This document shows, one piece after another, positions 11,412-23,304 of a DNA stretch of 45,483 nt. The DNA is from Atractiella rhizophila. Taxonomy: Eukaryota. Each line of letters begins with the position of its first letter. The stretch's first letter is position 1. The stretch spans positions 1-45,483 of the forward strand of contig MU271295.1 of assembly GCA_021432655.1 (NCBI GenBank). The letters are read 5' to 3'. Position numbers and translations under genes: made by a program. The notes under the pieces are model-generated. The model searched no databases. It was not told the origin of the DNA and worked only from the letters and a program-made list of their open reading frames with translations.

Positions 11412-12475
11412 CTTTCGCTCGCCTTCTCTATACTATGCCTTGTTTGAGGAGCACTGCAATGTTTTTTGAGGTGCCCAACCTGTAATATGTCCAGGAAATA
11501 TCACAAGGATTGATTATTGTTGTATGATTTACGTATCGAAAGTGATCGAGAGCACGAATCCCCCAAATCCGGACGCGACGCGTTTGAGCGAGGTCTGCGA
11601 AATCTGACTTGGGAGGCAGGACGAGCTGCTGGGAGAGGAGCGAACCACTGCGGTGCTGAATAGGGGACGGGTAGAGATGAGAGTGTGATGATGGTGGTTT
11701 GGGGCTCTCGGCCTGAGGAAGCGAAGAACTCCCTTACATCGCCGCCGAATCATTCCTGCCGCCGGGCGGCTTAACTTTCCATATCAATGTGGAAGCCCTT
11801 GGCTCTGAGATGCATATTGTGAAGCGGAGGCGGTATTATTTCACGGGTATCAGTATGAGGAATGTGACGTGAAGTTACAGGTCCCACTCCGATGCTTCTT
11901 TTCACTGGGACAATAGCTACGATCTTAAACAGCTCATCCACTAACATATTGTATTACCATAGTAGCTGAGTGAAGGCAAAACGCACAGATTCTAGGAATC
12001 TAACGTTTGTTCAACTTACGATGGGTCAAGATGGGTAGAAGAAAACACTTTTCTGCTCTGCGACGACTTCACAACATCTTTTGCAGCTTGCACGGTCATT
12101 AGGTCAGGGATCTACATTCTTTACTAAGCATCGGTACCTTTCTTTCTGCAGCAGGCTACATTCGTGGTCAGTCGGATTGATTGTGTTGCTGTTGTGATCA
12201 TATTTGAGAGAATTCAGATGGAGCTGATTAATCGAAAATAAAATAATCAGACCCGAAGGGTGTGGCTTGGATGTAACGTGGGCAGCAATGAAACGAAGAA
12301 AGATGAAAGATGAAAGAATAGACGCCAGTAAATCCCCTTTGAGTGTTAAGGTGGAATAAAACACAATAAACGTTGTTGGGTTCCCTAAGTCGCGATGCCT
12401 AGGTTTTGGGTGGAAGGCACGTTCAAGAAAAGAGACCATCTAGGTAACTTAAACCTGCTTCTACGAGCCATTCCT

Positions 12476-12804
12476 TCAACTCCTCCTGGCGGGGCACTGT
12501 TGGTGGGCTGTGGCTTTGTGCTTTCCGTTGCAAAGTGCACATTTGAGAATGAGATGAGAGCATGTTGAAGTTGCTGTGACGGCTGAGGGGCAGGCAGTCA
12601 TGGCATAGTTTGACCACACGCAAGACATATAGGTGAGGGAGCAGTGCAAATCTGAGCTTGGTGGCTGATTTTCTGACAGCAGAAACATTGAGGGGGAGAG
12701 TATTTATCCTTTGAAGGGGAAATCGTGGATGATGAAGTGATTGGCTTTTTTCTCCTCAAATAATAAAATGGGAAAGGCACCATCTCCAGTTTCCAACAGA
12801 ATAA
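12476..12804 (-). mobile_element. Degenerate non-LTR retrotransposon (LINE, Tad1/I-like) ORF1 zinc-knuckle relic, copy A
   Basis: Across frames: PPQCFCCQKISHQAQIC (CX2CX4HX4C), PICLACG..HDC and KCALCNGKHKATAHQQC, the three-knuckle array typical of LINE ORF1. Broken by frameshifts; no RT seen. Confidence 0.7.
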
Positions 12805-12829
12805 NNNNNNNNNNNNNNNNNNNNNNNNN
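12805..12829. other. Assembly gap (25 N) at the junction of the 10.3 kb units
   Basis: N run seen directly. Confidence 1.
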
Positions 12830-12861
12830 TGCGAGTTGAGTGGAGGATAGGGGACTGCGCC

Positions 12862-15800
12862 ATGAAAGTTGGAAAACTGGATATGGGAAATGAGCAGAAA
12901 GTGAAGGAGGAGATGTCGTCAACACATCCCGTTTGCGTGAACCTGGAGGAAGAAGTAAATGGAAGGAGCTGTTCGCAGCCGGAGCGCCTCTCAGAAATTG
13001 AGCGAGAAAGTCTCTCGGACGATGTAAACGCGTCAAAGGATATTCCTTCGCGAGGGAGCGAAGGCGAGCTTCTATCCGAAACGACAGCAGCTCCTTTTGT
13101 CTCGCTCCGTCTTCCTAACCAAGCGCCGGCCGCCACAATTGCGAACAGTCCAATCGACCATGTTCCTCAGCCTACTGCTGCTACGGAGACTTGTCGGAGC
13201 GAGTTGAAAACAGCAGGAAAGAACTGGTCCGACTCCAGGACCACAGCTCGTTATTCTCTCTACCCTGGATCAAGAATGCCTGAAGCTGCTCAAGCAGTGC
13301 GAGTAGTTCAAGACACTCAAGACGAGGCTTTGGAGGTTGAGTCCCTGTTACTCAATCGGGATGAAGCGAGGGAGGGAAGGAATAGTAAGGAAACGAGTGT
13401 TCCGGAGGTGGGGATTATGGAGGAAGAAAGAGATGCTGGTCAGTCGTTCTTCCATCCTTAACCTTTCGTTTTGTCTTATGTCGCCTTGGTCATAAATAAA
13501 CATGCTGTAGACACTCCTATTGATCAAAACGGAGAGTGTTCTCTTTCGGTTCCCGACGACGACAACAACGGGAAAGAAGGGAACATGGGACAATTACCCG
13601 CATCGCTAGGACAGACCACTTCCGAGTCCACGTTAGCCTTCGCACCACACGCCACGTCTTTTGCAGTAAACAGCATATGCTCTACTTCTGCCTCCAACTA
13701 CAGGGAATCTGAAACCGAACGCAACGCCAAACACGCCAAAGCTACAAACCAAAACGACCCCGAACACTCGAGCGAAACACCTTCTGTTTCTATGAAGGAA
13801 AAGCGAAAACGGTCCCCATCACCATTCAACCCTTCGCACGCTCGTCGTACCAAACGAAGGAATCCGAGGGTTGTACCTTCCGACGCGTTTACCACGCCCA
13901 TGTCTGGCGGCGGCCGTTGTGGAAGGTGGGAGTGGAAGATGACGCCGGAGAAGAGTTTGTTGGGCGTTGATCTGGTGGAGGAGGGGAAGAAGAGGAGCTG
14001 TTGGGGAAGGAGAGAAAGTTTACTTTCCCCTTTGGTCAAACGACCCGAAGTGAGGACAGGGAGGGGGAAGAGAGAAGGCAGTAAGGAGCATCTTAAAAAG
14101 AGGAGGGGGAAGGACAATAACCTGGAGCAGAAAGAAGTTGCGATGGAAGAGGACTTAGCGAAGAAAGAGCCAAGGGTCCCTTTGGAGGCGGAGAAGGGAC
14201 TACCAGTGGTGGGACGGAATGAACTAGAATCAGAAGCGAAGGTTGCGGCCGCTAGGGACGGCGATAAGGCACTGGACGAGCTTTTGGGGGATGAGATGTG
14301 GATGGAGGAAATCGTTTTGGTGCAACTTGACTCAACTGTCCAAAACGACATGGACGGTGTGGAAGACGGCAGGCTGGAGGAAGGGGAAGAGCTTGAGAAA
14401 TGTGGCATGGCAGAAGAAGAGGCACCTGACAGACAGCAGAAGTGTGTAGCTTCAAGGGAACTCAAACCGAAATTTGATGGCGAAATCGGAAGTGGAGAAA
14501 GCCTTCGAAAGTCTGACCGCCAACAGACATTCGAGTTGATGCCAGCGAAGAACATATTTGAGGTGGAAATCCTGGAATATGGAACGAAGAGAGCGTGTCG
14601 AGATAGGGCGATCACCTATTTTCCTGCAACGCCCCCAAGAGGTTTGGCTACCTCCCCTTCAAGTGATATTAGAACTGATTGTCAGGATGCAGAGAGCAAG
14701 CTGCAAGCGTCAGCTTCTCGTGAAAAGAGAGGAAGGAGGAAGAAGAAGGTACACGAATGGGAACCAGAAGAGTACCAGTTAAAAATGGCTGCAATTGAAC
14801 CTTCGACTAGGATGTCCCGTCTTCCCAAAGGTTTCAACTCCCAGTCAGGGATTTCAGACCCATTCGCGCGCTTGAACGGCACTGAAGCTACAGCGGAAGA
14901 ACTAGAATTTTCGGTGTCACTGGCAATGGACAAGGTTGGGTTTCAATCTATACCTTCGCCTCAGTCTACCAGAGCTGCCGATTATGAATGTAACAAAACA
15001 CGCGAATATACTTCTGTTACAGGCAACGCTGAGAACTCCGATATTCTTTGCGATGTGCCTGCGAGTCGTGACATCAGCAAGCTAACCTCAAACAGCCCTT
15101 CTTGGAGTATACCTACGGACCCAGACGAGGAAGGGGCGGACAACTCAGTTCTTTCCTCTGTTCACGACCAAGAAGGGAAGCTGTTGGATACTGAACCGAT
15201 AGCCAGAACTTCAGCACACTCCAACCACCAGTCCCGACGTGTCCAACCGTCGCGACTCTCGAAGACAGCTCCGCACTATCTAGAGCAAATGTCCGATGGA
15301 GAAACCGAAAATAGGCAACATACAAGAGTTAGATCGCAAAGGAGAAAGCTTCAGTCGCAGAGGCGTATTTGGAAGTCTTGGGACAAGAACCTATCCTCGA
15401 AACGAGCCAACGAGCGAATGACGGGTCGACGAGCTGCTGGCGTCTCAGAAGAGGTTCCAGAGGTAAATATCTTTACAGAGGACCCTATCCTGCCAGAAGG
15501 ATCGTCTCGGATTTCAAAGATCAACGCTGCAAAGCTGACGAGACAGCAACTAACTTGGAGCATCCCAACCAGCAAACCTGGTCCAAACAAGCGTTTCAAC
15601 TCTTCATCCATCAAACAGTCTCTATTACGCCCACAAAAGGCCTCAACGAAGCGGTTGGCAGGTCAACAGAAAGGAGTAATGAAGAAAAACTACTCGGTCA
15701 GCAAACGGGCATCAAAATGTGGAAGAGGAAGGCGACAGCAAGTAACGCGGGCCACCCCCATTGTTCACTGCAATATCAACCGTCGTTCAAACAGAATTAC

Positions 15801-18800
15801 GCAACAGACAGAGAAGGCGAAACGATTTGAGACAACCATGAAACTTTTTGAGGACATGGCAGATGAAAACTGGGGTGTCGCTAATCCACCTCCTGAAGAG
15901 GAAAATGTCGATTCGCTAGCTGTCATCTCAGCTATGTTACTTCAATTCGATAATGAGCTAGACTGTGCAAACACGTCCGTTGTGGATGAAGCTCAGGCTC
16001 AGTTGGAAGAATCGCTATATGAAGCATCCTTCGAGATTGTAACCAGACTGTCAAAAGCGATTGAGCTGCTTAAACCAGTTTGGAAGGCTGAGCTCTCTCT
16101 GAAGATCGAAAAAGAAATGGCTTTATATGATGAGAGAGCGATGCGTATCCTTGACGATGTTTCTCACCTTCAACCGGCAGCCAGAGTACTCTCAGTGCAC
16201 TATTCCGAAGGAATCAGGCTCCTCAAATCAACTTGGAGAAATCAACTTCCTTTAGCGCAAACTATGCGCCGAAGACAGTTTCCCGAAGGGATCCAGCGAC
16301 CATTTCGAAATCTCAAAGGGAAGAAAGGGATGCAAGCACCTGGCGACATCCCGAAAGGGGCGAACAAAGGTGTCATTCATCCGAAAATTCTAGAGGCTGA
16401 CTGGGTTGCACTGGAGAAAGACCAACTTCACATGATCAGTGGCAAGCCTCCAATCTGGTCACAAGTAGGTGGTATGCGATCCCTTCGGCCATGTTCTGAC
16501 GATAACGCGTAGACCCGGCAGGAGCTGTGTGAAGCTTTAGACTATTACAGAACCTATCAAAGTATGCTCCTCTGTCGTTTTTGATGGGTTTTAAACACAT
16601 TCGTCAGGCGGCAGCTATTACAGCGGCGGTTTAGTGCACGGTTATCTACTAGATGGCTTTCCAGCTGCTAGAGACCAATGGGCAGCCAATGGTAAAGTGA
16701 TAATTTCTCATGGGTATGTTTTGTCTCTCCACAGGCACAGTCCTGTTTCAATGAATTTTTGCAGTGGGGGAAAGTCGATGAGGGATCCTACTGACCCTAC
16801 TAAGCGGGTCCTTTTTGCGTCACAGTCGGAGGACGCGAGCTTTGCGGTTTCCGCTCTCACGAACACGATGTTGAACGGAGTCCGTCTATTGCTTTAGAAC
16901 AGATATCATTCTGACCACACAATAGTACCCAATCGTCCTGTTGGGTCAAAATTCTACTGACGAAGCGGCCATCAAGCTAACCTTGTCGCAGCCGGCGCCA
17001 ACTATGAAAAATGGCCTATGTTAAAGAAATGGGGCGTAAAATATGCGGTATTGGGGTATTATTTGATCACAACATTGTTCGTTTTTGTTCATACTGCCAT
17101 CTCGCTGACTGTTTTCATAGGTTCCATGACTTTGAAGATGGTATTGATCGAGTGACTGGAGAAAGGGCGAGGTATTACAGAACCTATTTTCGTTTCGGTT
17201 TGTTATCTTCAGCTGCTAGGGCCAGAACCTTCCTTCTCTAATGTTTTATCTACAGAATGGATACAGAAACAGGGAGAACCGTGGTGGATAGAGAAAGGGA
17301 TAGGAGAGGACTTCGACTCCAACGACATGTCACCATTCATACCTTCGTCGACAATTGGCGCGAACCTTGCAGTCGACATACCTGCGTCTTGCCGTCTGTG
17401 CCATAGAATTTCAGACACTATCTTCGAAGTCAGCGGCTCACCTACTTGGATTTGTCTCCACGGCGACTGTCCCTCAGCACAAGATCAAATTACGACGCAG
17501 AAAAGGCCATGGCTGACATACAGCCACAGTTTTCTCGTCCCTAAATTTGCCTACACGCGAGACGCGGTACCATATGCCCTTAAGCCACTTTCCGATTTCG
17601 CTTTAAATAACAAGGATCAGATTTGCAGGGTGAGATGCCTTCTGCCTTTTCAACATTTAAGTAATTTCACCGTGCTAGGGTGTTTACTGTCACGCATGCG
17701 GACGACTATCATCCCGCGAACAATGGACGAGATGGACGTGCAGCAACGAAAGCTGCTCTAACTCAGTGTCTTGCATCCCTGAACCTGCGATACTTGAAGA
17801 TTTGATTCGTTCTCACAAACCTGATCGAAATGAGCACGACCAGTCAATTCCCTTCTGTGAGATCCACACTCCGAGAGCGACAATCCGTCAGTACGATATG
17901 GAAGGTGATGCTCGGGTGTTTCACATTTTACCAACCGATTCAAGTATGGCTTCTACCATCCTTCAGGAATACCAAGAGCGATGGTGTATGGAGCTGTTCT
18001 CAAGACACAGATCAAGGACGACCACAATACCGGGCAAATTTCTCTCCCAACATTTTCTCTTCAATGCGGTTAGCGTTTGAACCTAAGTAATTCTAGCTAA
18101 TAACTATTTCTAGGGCAAACAATATTCCTACGATGATATTTTACCTCACCTCCCCCTCAATTGCGCTCCAACAGCTGTCAGCTCGGCTTTGGACTACATT
18201 CATAGTACGTTGGCCAACGTCGAAGGTGCTGGATCCCCTCTATTTGATGAGGTACTTTCAGTCGCGTATATGAAGGGTGAGCCATGTTCTTCATCTTAAC
18301 ATAATTTGATTTGTCGCAATACAGGTCAGAAGATGTCGGTGGGTTCAGTGATATTTACTTAAGAAGCTGCATCTTACATCCCGTATAGTACCACGACGAC
18401 GGCGAGGAAGGCTTAGGCATGTCTATCGCGTCAGTGTCGCTCGGGTCAACCGGAGAAATGTCCTTCAGAAAGAAAAGGAGGCTTTGCAGACCGGATGAAA
18501 ACACGACAAGACTGCTCAAGCTTGTTTTACATCATGGAGATGTTGTCCTCATGACTGGTGATTCCATGCAGCGAATCTATGAGGTGGCTTGCGTCATTAA
18601 TTTCCGGATGTTTTTAACAGAGCTTTAGCACGAAGTCAGGACAAAAGGATTTCGAATAGGTATGTTTGAATTGCAAGTATTACTCGCACTGACTCCTCAT
18701 AAATAGCCGCGACCGCACGATCTATTGATGAAGTTAAACACACAAACTGGTTGAGAAAGAAATTCGGTTCTTCGTACGTACAAAGTACCTTCTTTCAAGG

Positions 18801-19174
18801 AACCTCAACGTGTTTATATGTATGGCAAAAGTGTTATGGCTAATCCTTCGAAGGCACTTCGTCCCACGATGGCAAACAGATCGCCATGTTCCCATTCTAC
18901 TACCACCGAAGATATCTCTGCATTATGGGTCAATGGCACGGCCATTAGCCCTTATGCAAACGTTATAACCTCAAACCCACATATTTCTATCGACAAGGAC
19001 GTAAACATGACATTACCAAAACTGTTCATGCGAAACAGCGCTGTTCCTCCTTCTCCCACTCATCTTGCGGAGCCAGGTCTGCCTCGCTTGTCTCCCTCCT
19101 TTCTTTCGACTGAGTGCGAATACGAAATTATGCATTCTCCTTGCACCCAAAACCTGCTCAACTTCAAATTGTGA
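12862..19174 (+). CDS. Multi-exon protein: ~1200 aa low-complexity N-terminus, SAD/SRA-like domain, Cys clusters and C-terminal AlkB-family 2OG-Fe(II) dioxygenase (copy B, apparently intact; 3' end uncertain)
   Basis: Manual splicing gives PPIWSQ|TRQELCEALDYYRTYQS|GSYYSGGLVHGYLLDG..KVIISHG|GGKS..YPIVLL|AGANY..YAVLGYYLITTL|F..YFRF|EWIQKQGEPWW. This is followed by CRLC..CLHGDC and YCHACGRLSSREQWTRWTCSNESC, then FDEVLSVAYMKG|QKMS|YHDDGEEGLG (HxD at 18392-18400), IASVSLGS, LHHGDVVLMTG and YE|HEVRTKGFRI|AATARS (distal His and RxxxxxR). Confidence 0.88.
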
Positions 19175-19591
19175 ACATCTTGGAAACTGCAGCTAGATAG
19201 TGCACAGTTTTCAAACCTTTGTGTCGTTCCCACATCCCTGCCAGCTCTTCAAAGTATTATCAGTTTATCCATTACTTATTAGTCTAACCACCAATTTATA
19301 ATCAATAGGCTCACTCTCCTTTGTCAGTAGATAGTAAATCGTTCGTCTTCCACATAGCATTATCTAGCGTTCTTAACATACTCAAGGTACGCATACCAAT
19401 TATAACTTATAATCTTCTAGTACTGAGCTCTGTCCAACGAAAAACAAAGCATTGATTTCAGCAATATGATACGACAAGCAGTGGCAAAGGTAAGACAAAA
19501 TAAGATAAAAGCTTGACGTCAAAGAAATTCAGAAGTAATAGGTATCATCAATCATAAAATCGCATAAAACCTTGTTGCAAAATGATTCAAA

Positions 19592-21740
19592 CTAAGCATT
19601 TTGAATCCTTTTCATTCTCCCTTCGCTCATTCTCATTTGTGCCCAACCTGAATTAGCAAAGTCATAAGCTCGCAACGTGACGATTTGTGAGACAGATTGA
19701 CAAACCTTTTAGACCGAAGAGAAAGAGCTGGAACACGAAAACGATGGACACAACGGCCACCGTGATATTGAGGATTCCCATAACATGGTCTAGACAGGTC
19801 AGGAATCAACGGACGTCGCGATACGTGAAAGACGAATGCTCACCAACTTCATATCGCATCGCTGCGAAAACAACTTGTTCCGTGCTCTCTACAAAGACGA
19901 CTCCTCCAGCGGTTAAACAAAATGCAGCGATAAACTCAGTCGGAGGCCTTGAAGGTAGGACGCTGCTTGGCTAACGACCAAATGTACCGTTAGTTAGGTT
20001 ACGGAGGGAAGGCATTGACAAACGTACAGGCCGAACGAAGAGGAAGAAGTAAGTAAGCAATCTGGATATCCCAAAGCCAGTGAGGAGATTCCCCCAAAGA
20101 GAGTGGATGGTCATCTGGAACCTGTAGGTTTGATGATGAGAACCCATCGCGAGGCCAACAATCATTATCCCTATGGCTGGGAGAGGATTGAAGCTGTAAT
20201 TGTAAGTTGGAGGCTGTTCGACTTCGGAAGGAGAGCGATGGTTCAGCCTGTCGAGAGTTGAGAACGTGATCCACTTCTTCAGCCTCCCGCTTTCGATAAG
20301 AAGACCAAGCAAGCCAACCCAACACAACATAACGGCTATCACACGAGAGCGATCAGATTGAGAAGCCTGGAGAAGGATACAGACCAATGCTGATATGTTG
20401 TACATCCTTCACAGTAAATGGATCCCCATCGTGCGCTCCGTTTCGCTCGTAGAACTGCTGCGTCGCTCCATAGAGGAAGATAACGAAGCTTTCTACCCAC
20501 TCTGCGCTCACTGCATTGTCCCTCCATGAATGCGTTTGTGGCCGTTTGTTCCATGCCCATCCCAGCTCACTCCATGCGCCGAGGTAGCGTGCGAAGGTCA
20601 AAAGGCCGTAAAAGAAGAAGATGGATCCTTTATGCATCACCCAATAAGCAAAACACCAATTGAGAACGGTAGGCGCACCTTTGATGATATGCGCCAAACA
20701 TCCATTGATGTAATTCTGCCGACAACTTCCTGTATAGACCACGATGCCGCTACACAATTCTGCAAAACCAAGGAAGAGAAGAGACCGTTCGAGAGCAATC
20801 AAGGTGTACTTCAAGATGGTTGACAGCTTGGAGCTCGCGGAGGAACGAGACAGGTGAAACTTTTTTGGGTCTGGGTCGAAGAAAGCTGAATCTCCTCGAA
20901 CAGAGTCGATAGAAGTCGAGATGGACATCCTGCTGTTCCTCCTCGGATGTTCCTCTTCATCAAGCAGAGTTTCATCTTCCGAATGGCTGAGGCTTGAATA
21001 TAACCCGCCTTTGCCATTCTGATTGGATTTCCAAAAAGTCTTCAGTCCAATCATGCCCCACGACCATCCGACCTTCGCCTTTCCCGAATTGCCTCCCGCG
21101 AATCGATTCCATAAAGAAAAGGTGAACACTAGGACGTCCTTGATGTTGAGGAGCACGACAAAGAAAAGAATGGGCCAGGCCAGCGTCGAATGCGTTTCTC
21201 CTTCGTACAGATCTGGTGTAAGCTTCTTGTACATCGAACCAGTGATAGTCCCCAAAACCAGTGTGACTAAAAATCCGACCCGAGGCAGAAGAGCTAATGG
21301 GTGTTTTGCAGTCCGAAGAAAGAGAACTGTCCTCGAGCAGTGGTCAACCCTAACATTTGAAGGAAAGAGGGAGGGAACCCACAACAGGGCAGGAAGAAGA
21401 ACCAGCTTGCGCTCATCAGTCCAATATGCCAAACCATCAGTCCACCCTGTCCCCTCCCAAAATCGGGCCAATTTTCGTCTCCTCCATTCCTATCAAATTC
21501 GATCAAGGATAATGGATCCCTCTCATGGGTTGACCAAATCTGCTCCATATCCAGCTCGTCCAGAGGCTCCCCTGCACCATGATGATCGCCCCTACCGACC
21601 AACTTCGCCGCAAGAGCTGTGGAAGAGGAAGATAGGTCGTTGTCTTTCGTTGCGGGAGAAATAAGGGAAGCGGCAGTAGCCGTCCGTGTGGTTGAAAAAA
21701 ACAAGTTTGCCCATGCAACAGCATACGGAAGCGCCTTCAT
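19592..21740 (-). CDS. Ytp1-family/DUF2427 integral membrane protein (copy B, multi-exon)
   Basis: Motifs YKKLTPDLYEGETH, GCLAHIIKG|SIFFFYGLLTFARYLGAWSELGWAWN, SAEWVESFVIFLYG, DVQHISI, YNYSFNPLPA, MGSHHQ, IHSLWGNLL, RPPTE and terminal LKGWA...NA-stop. Confidence 0.85.
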
Positions 21741-22803
21741 CTTTCGCTCGCCTTCTCTATACTATGCCTTGTTTGAGGAGCACTGCAATGTTTTTTGAGG
21801 TGCCCAACCTGTAATATGGCCAGGAAATATCACAAGGATTGATTATTGTTGTATGATTTACGTATCAAAAGTGATCGAGAGCACGAATCCCCCAAATCCG
21901 GACGCGACGCGTTTGAGCGAGGTCTGCGAAATCTGACTTGGGAGGCAGGACGAGCTGCTGGGAGAGGAGCGAACCACTGCGGTGCTGAATAGGGGACGGG
22001 TAGAGATGAGAGTGTGATGATGGTGGTTTGGGGCTCTCGGCCTGAGGAAGCGAAGAACTCCCTTACATCGCCGCCGAATCATTCCTGCCGCCGGGCGGCT
22101 TAACTTTCCATATCAATGTGGAAGCCCTTGGCTCTGAGATGCATATTGTGAAGCGGAGGCGGTATTATTTCACGGGTATCAGTATGAGGAATGTGACGTG
22201 AAGTTACAGGTCCCACTCCGATGCTTCTTTTCACTGGGACAATAGCTACGATCTTAAACAGCTCATCCACTAACATATTGTATTACCATAGTAGCTGAGT
22301 GAAGGCAAACGCACAGATTCTAGGAATCTAACGTTTGTTCAACTTACGATGGGTCAAGATGGGTAGAAGAAATACTTTTCTGCTCTGCGACGACTTCACA
22401 ACATCTTTTTGCAGCTTGCACGGTCATTAGGTCAGGGATCTACATTCTTTACTAAGCATCGCTACCTTTCTTTCTGCAGCAGGCTACATTCTTGGTCAGT
22501 CGGATTGATTGTGTTGCTGTTGTGATCATATTTGAGAGAATTCAGATGGAGCTGATTAATCGAAAATAAAATAATCAGACCCGAAGGGTGTGGCTTGGAT
22601 GTAACGTGGGCAGCGATGAAACGAAGAAAGATGAAAGATGAAAGAATAGACGCCAGTAAATCCCCTTTGAGTGTTAAGGTGGAATAAAACACAATAAACG
22701 TTGTTGGGTTCCCTAAGTCGCGATGCCTAGGTTTTGGGTGGAAGGCACGTTCAAGAAAAGAGACCATCTAGGTAACTTAAACCTGCTTCTACGAGCCATT
22801 CCT

Positions 22804-23190
22804 TCAACTCCTCCTGGCGGGGCACTGTTGGTGGGCTGTGGCTTTGTGCTTTCCGTTGCAAAGTGCACATTTGAGAATGAGATGAGAGCATGTTGAAGTT
22901 GCTGTGACGGCTGAGGGCAGGCAGTCATGGCATAGTTTGACCACACGCAAGACATATAGGTGAGGGAGCAGTGCAAATCTGAGCTTGGTGGCTGATTTTC
23001 TGACAGCAGAAACATTGAGGGGGAGAGTATTTATCCTTTGAAGGGGAAATCGTGGATGATGAAGTGATTGACTTTTTCTCCTCAAATAAAATGGGAAAGG
23101 CTTCTTTCCATCATCATCTCCAGTTTCCAACAGAATAAGATCCTTGATATGAATTGCAGCAGTGATGTGCTTAGTGTAATACACGAAGGA
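22804..23190 (-). mobile_element. Degenerate LINE ORF1 zinc-knuckle relic, copy B
   Basis: Same CCHC array as copy A (CFCCQKISHQAQIC ... CALCNGKHKATAHQQC), frameshifted. Confidence 0.7.
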
Positions 23191-23304
23191 CATTGCGATG
23201 ATGTAGATGGAATGGCGAGAACATATTCCTGACTAGACACTTGTAAACTGCACAGATAAGATAGATGATGATTGGAATGAAAAATCATAATCGATCAGTC
23301 GAAA

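Larger units (their letters stand above)
2499..12804. repeat. 10.3 kb duplication unit A
   Basis: Colinear with 12830-23138 (offset ~10.3 kb) and ends exactly at the N gap. Confidence 0.97.
12830..23138. repeat. 10.3 kb duplication unit B
   Basis: Begins right after the gap, 32 nt upstream of the ATG at 12862. Continues into unique sequence toward the MOT1 3' end. Confidence 0.97.
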
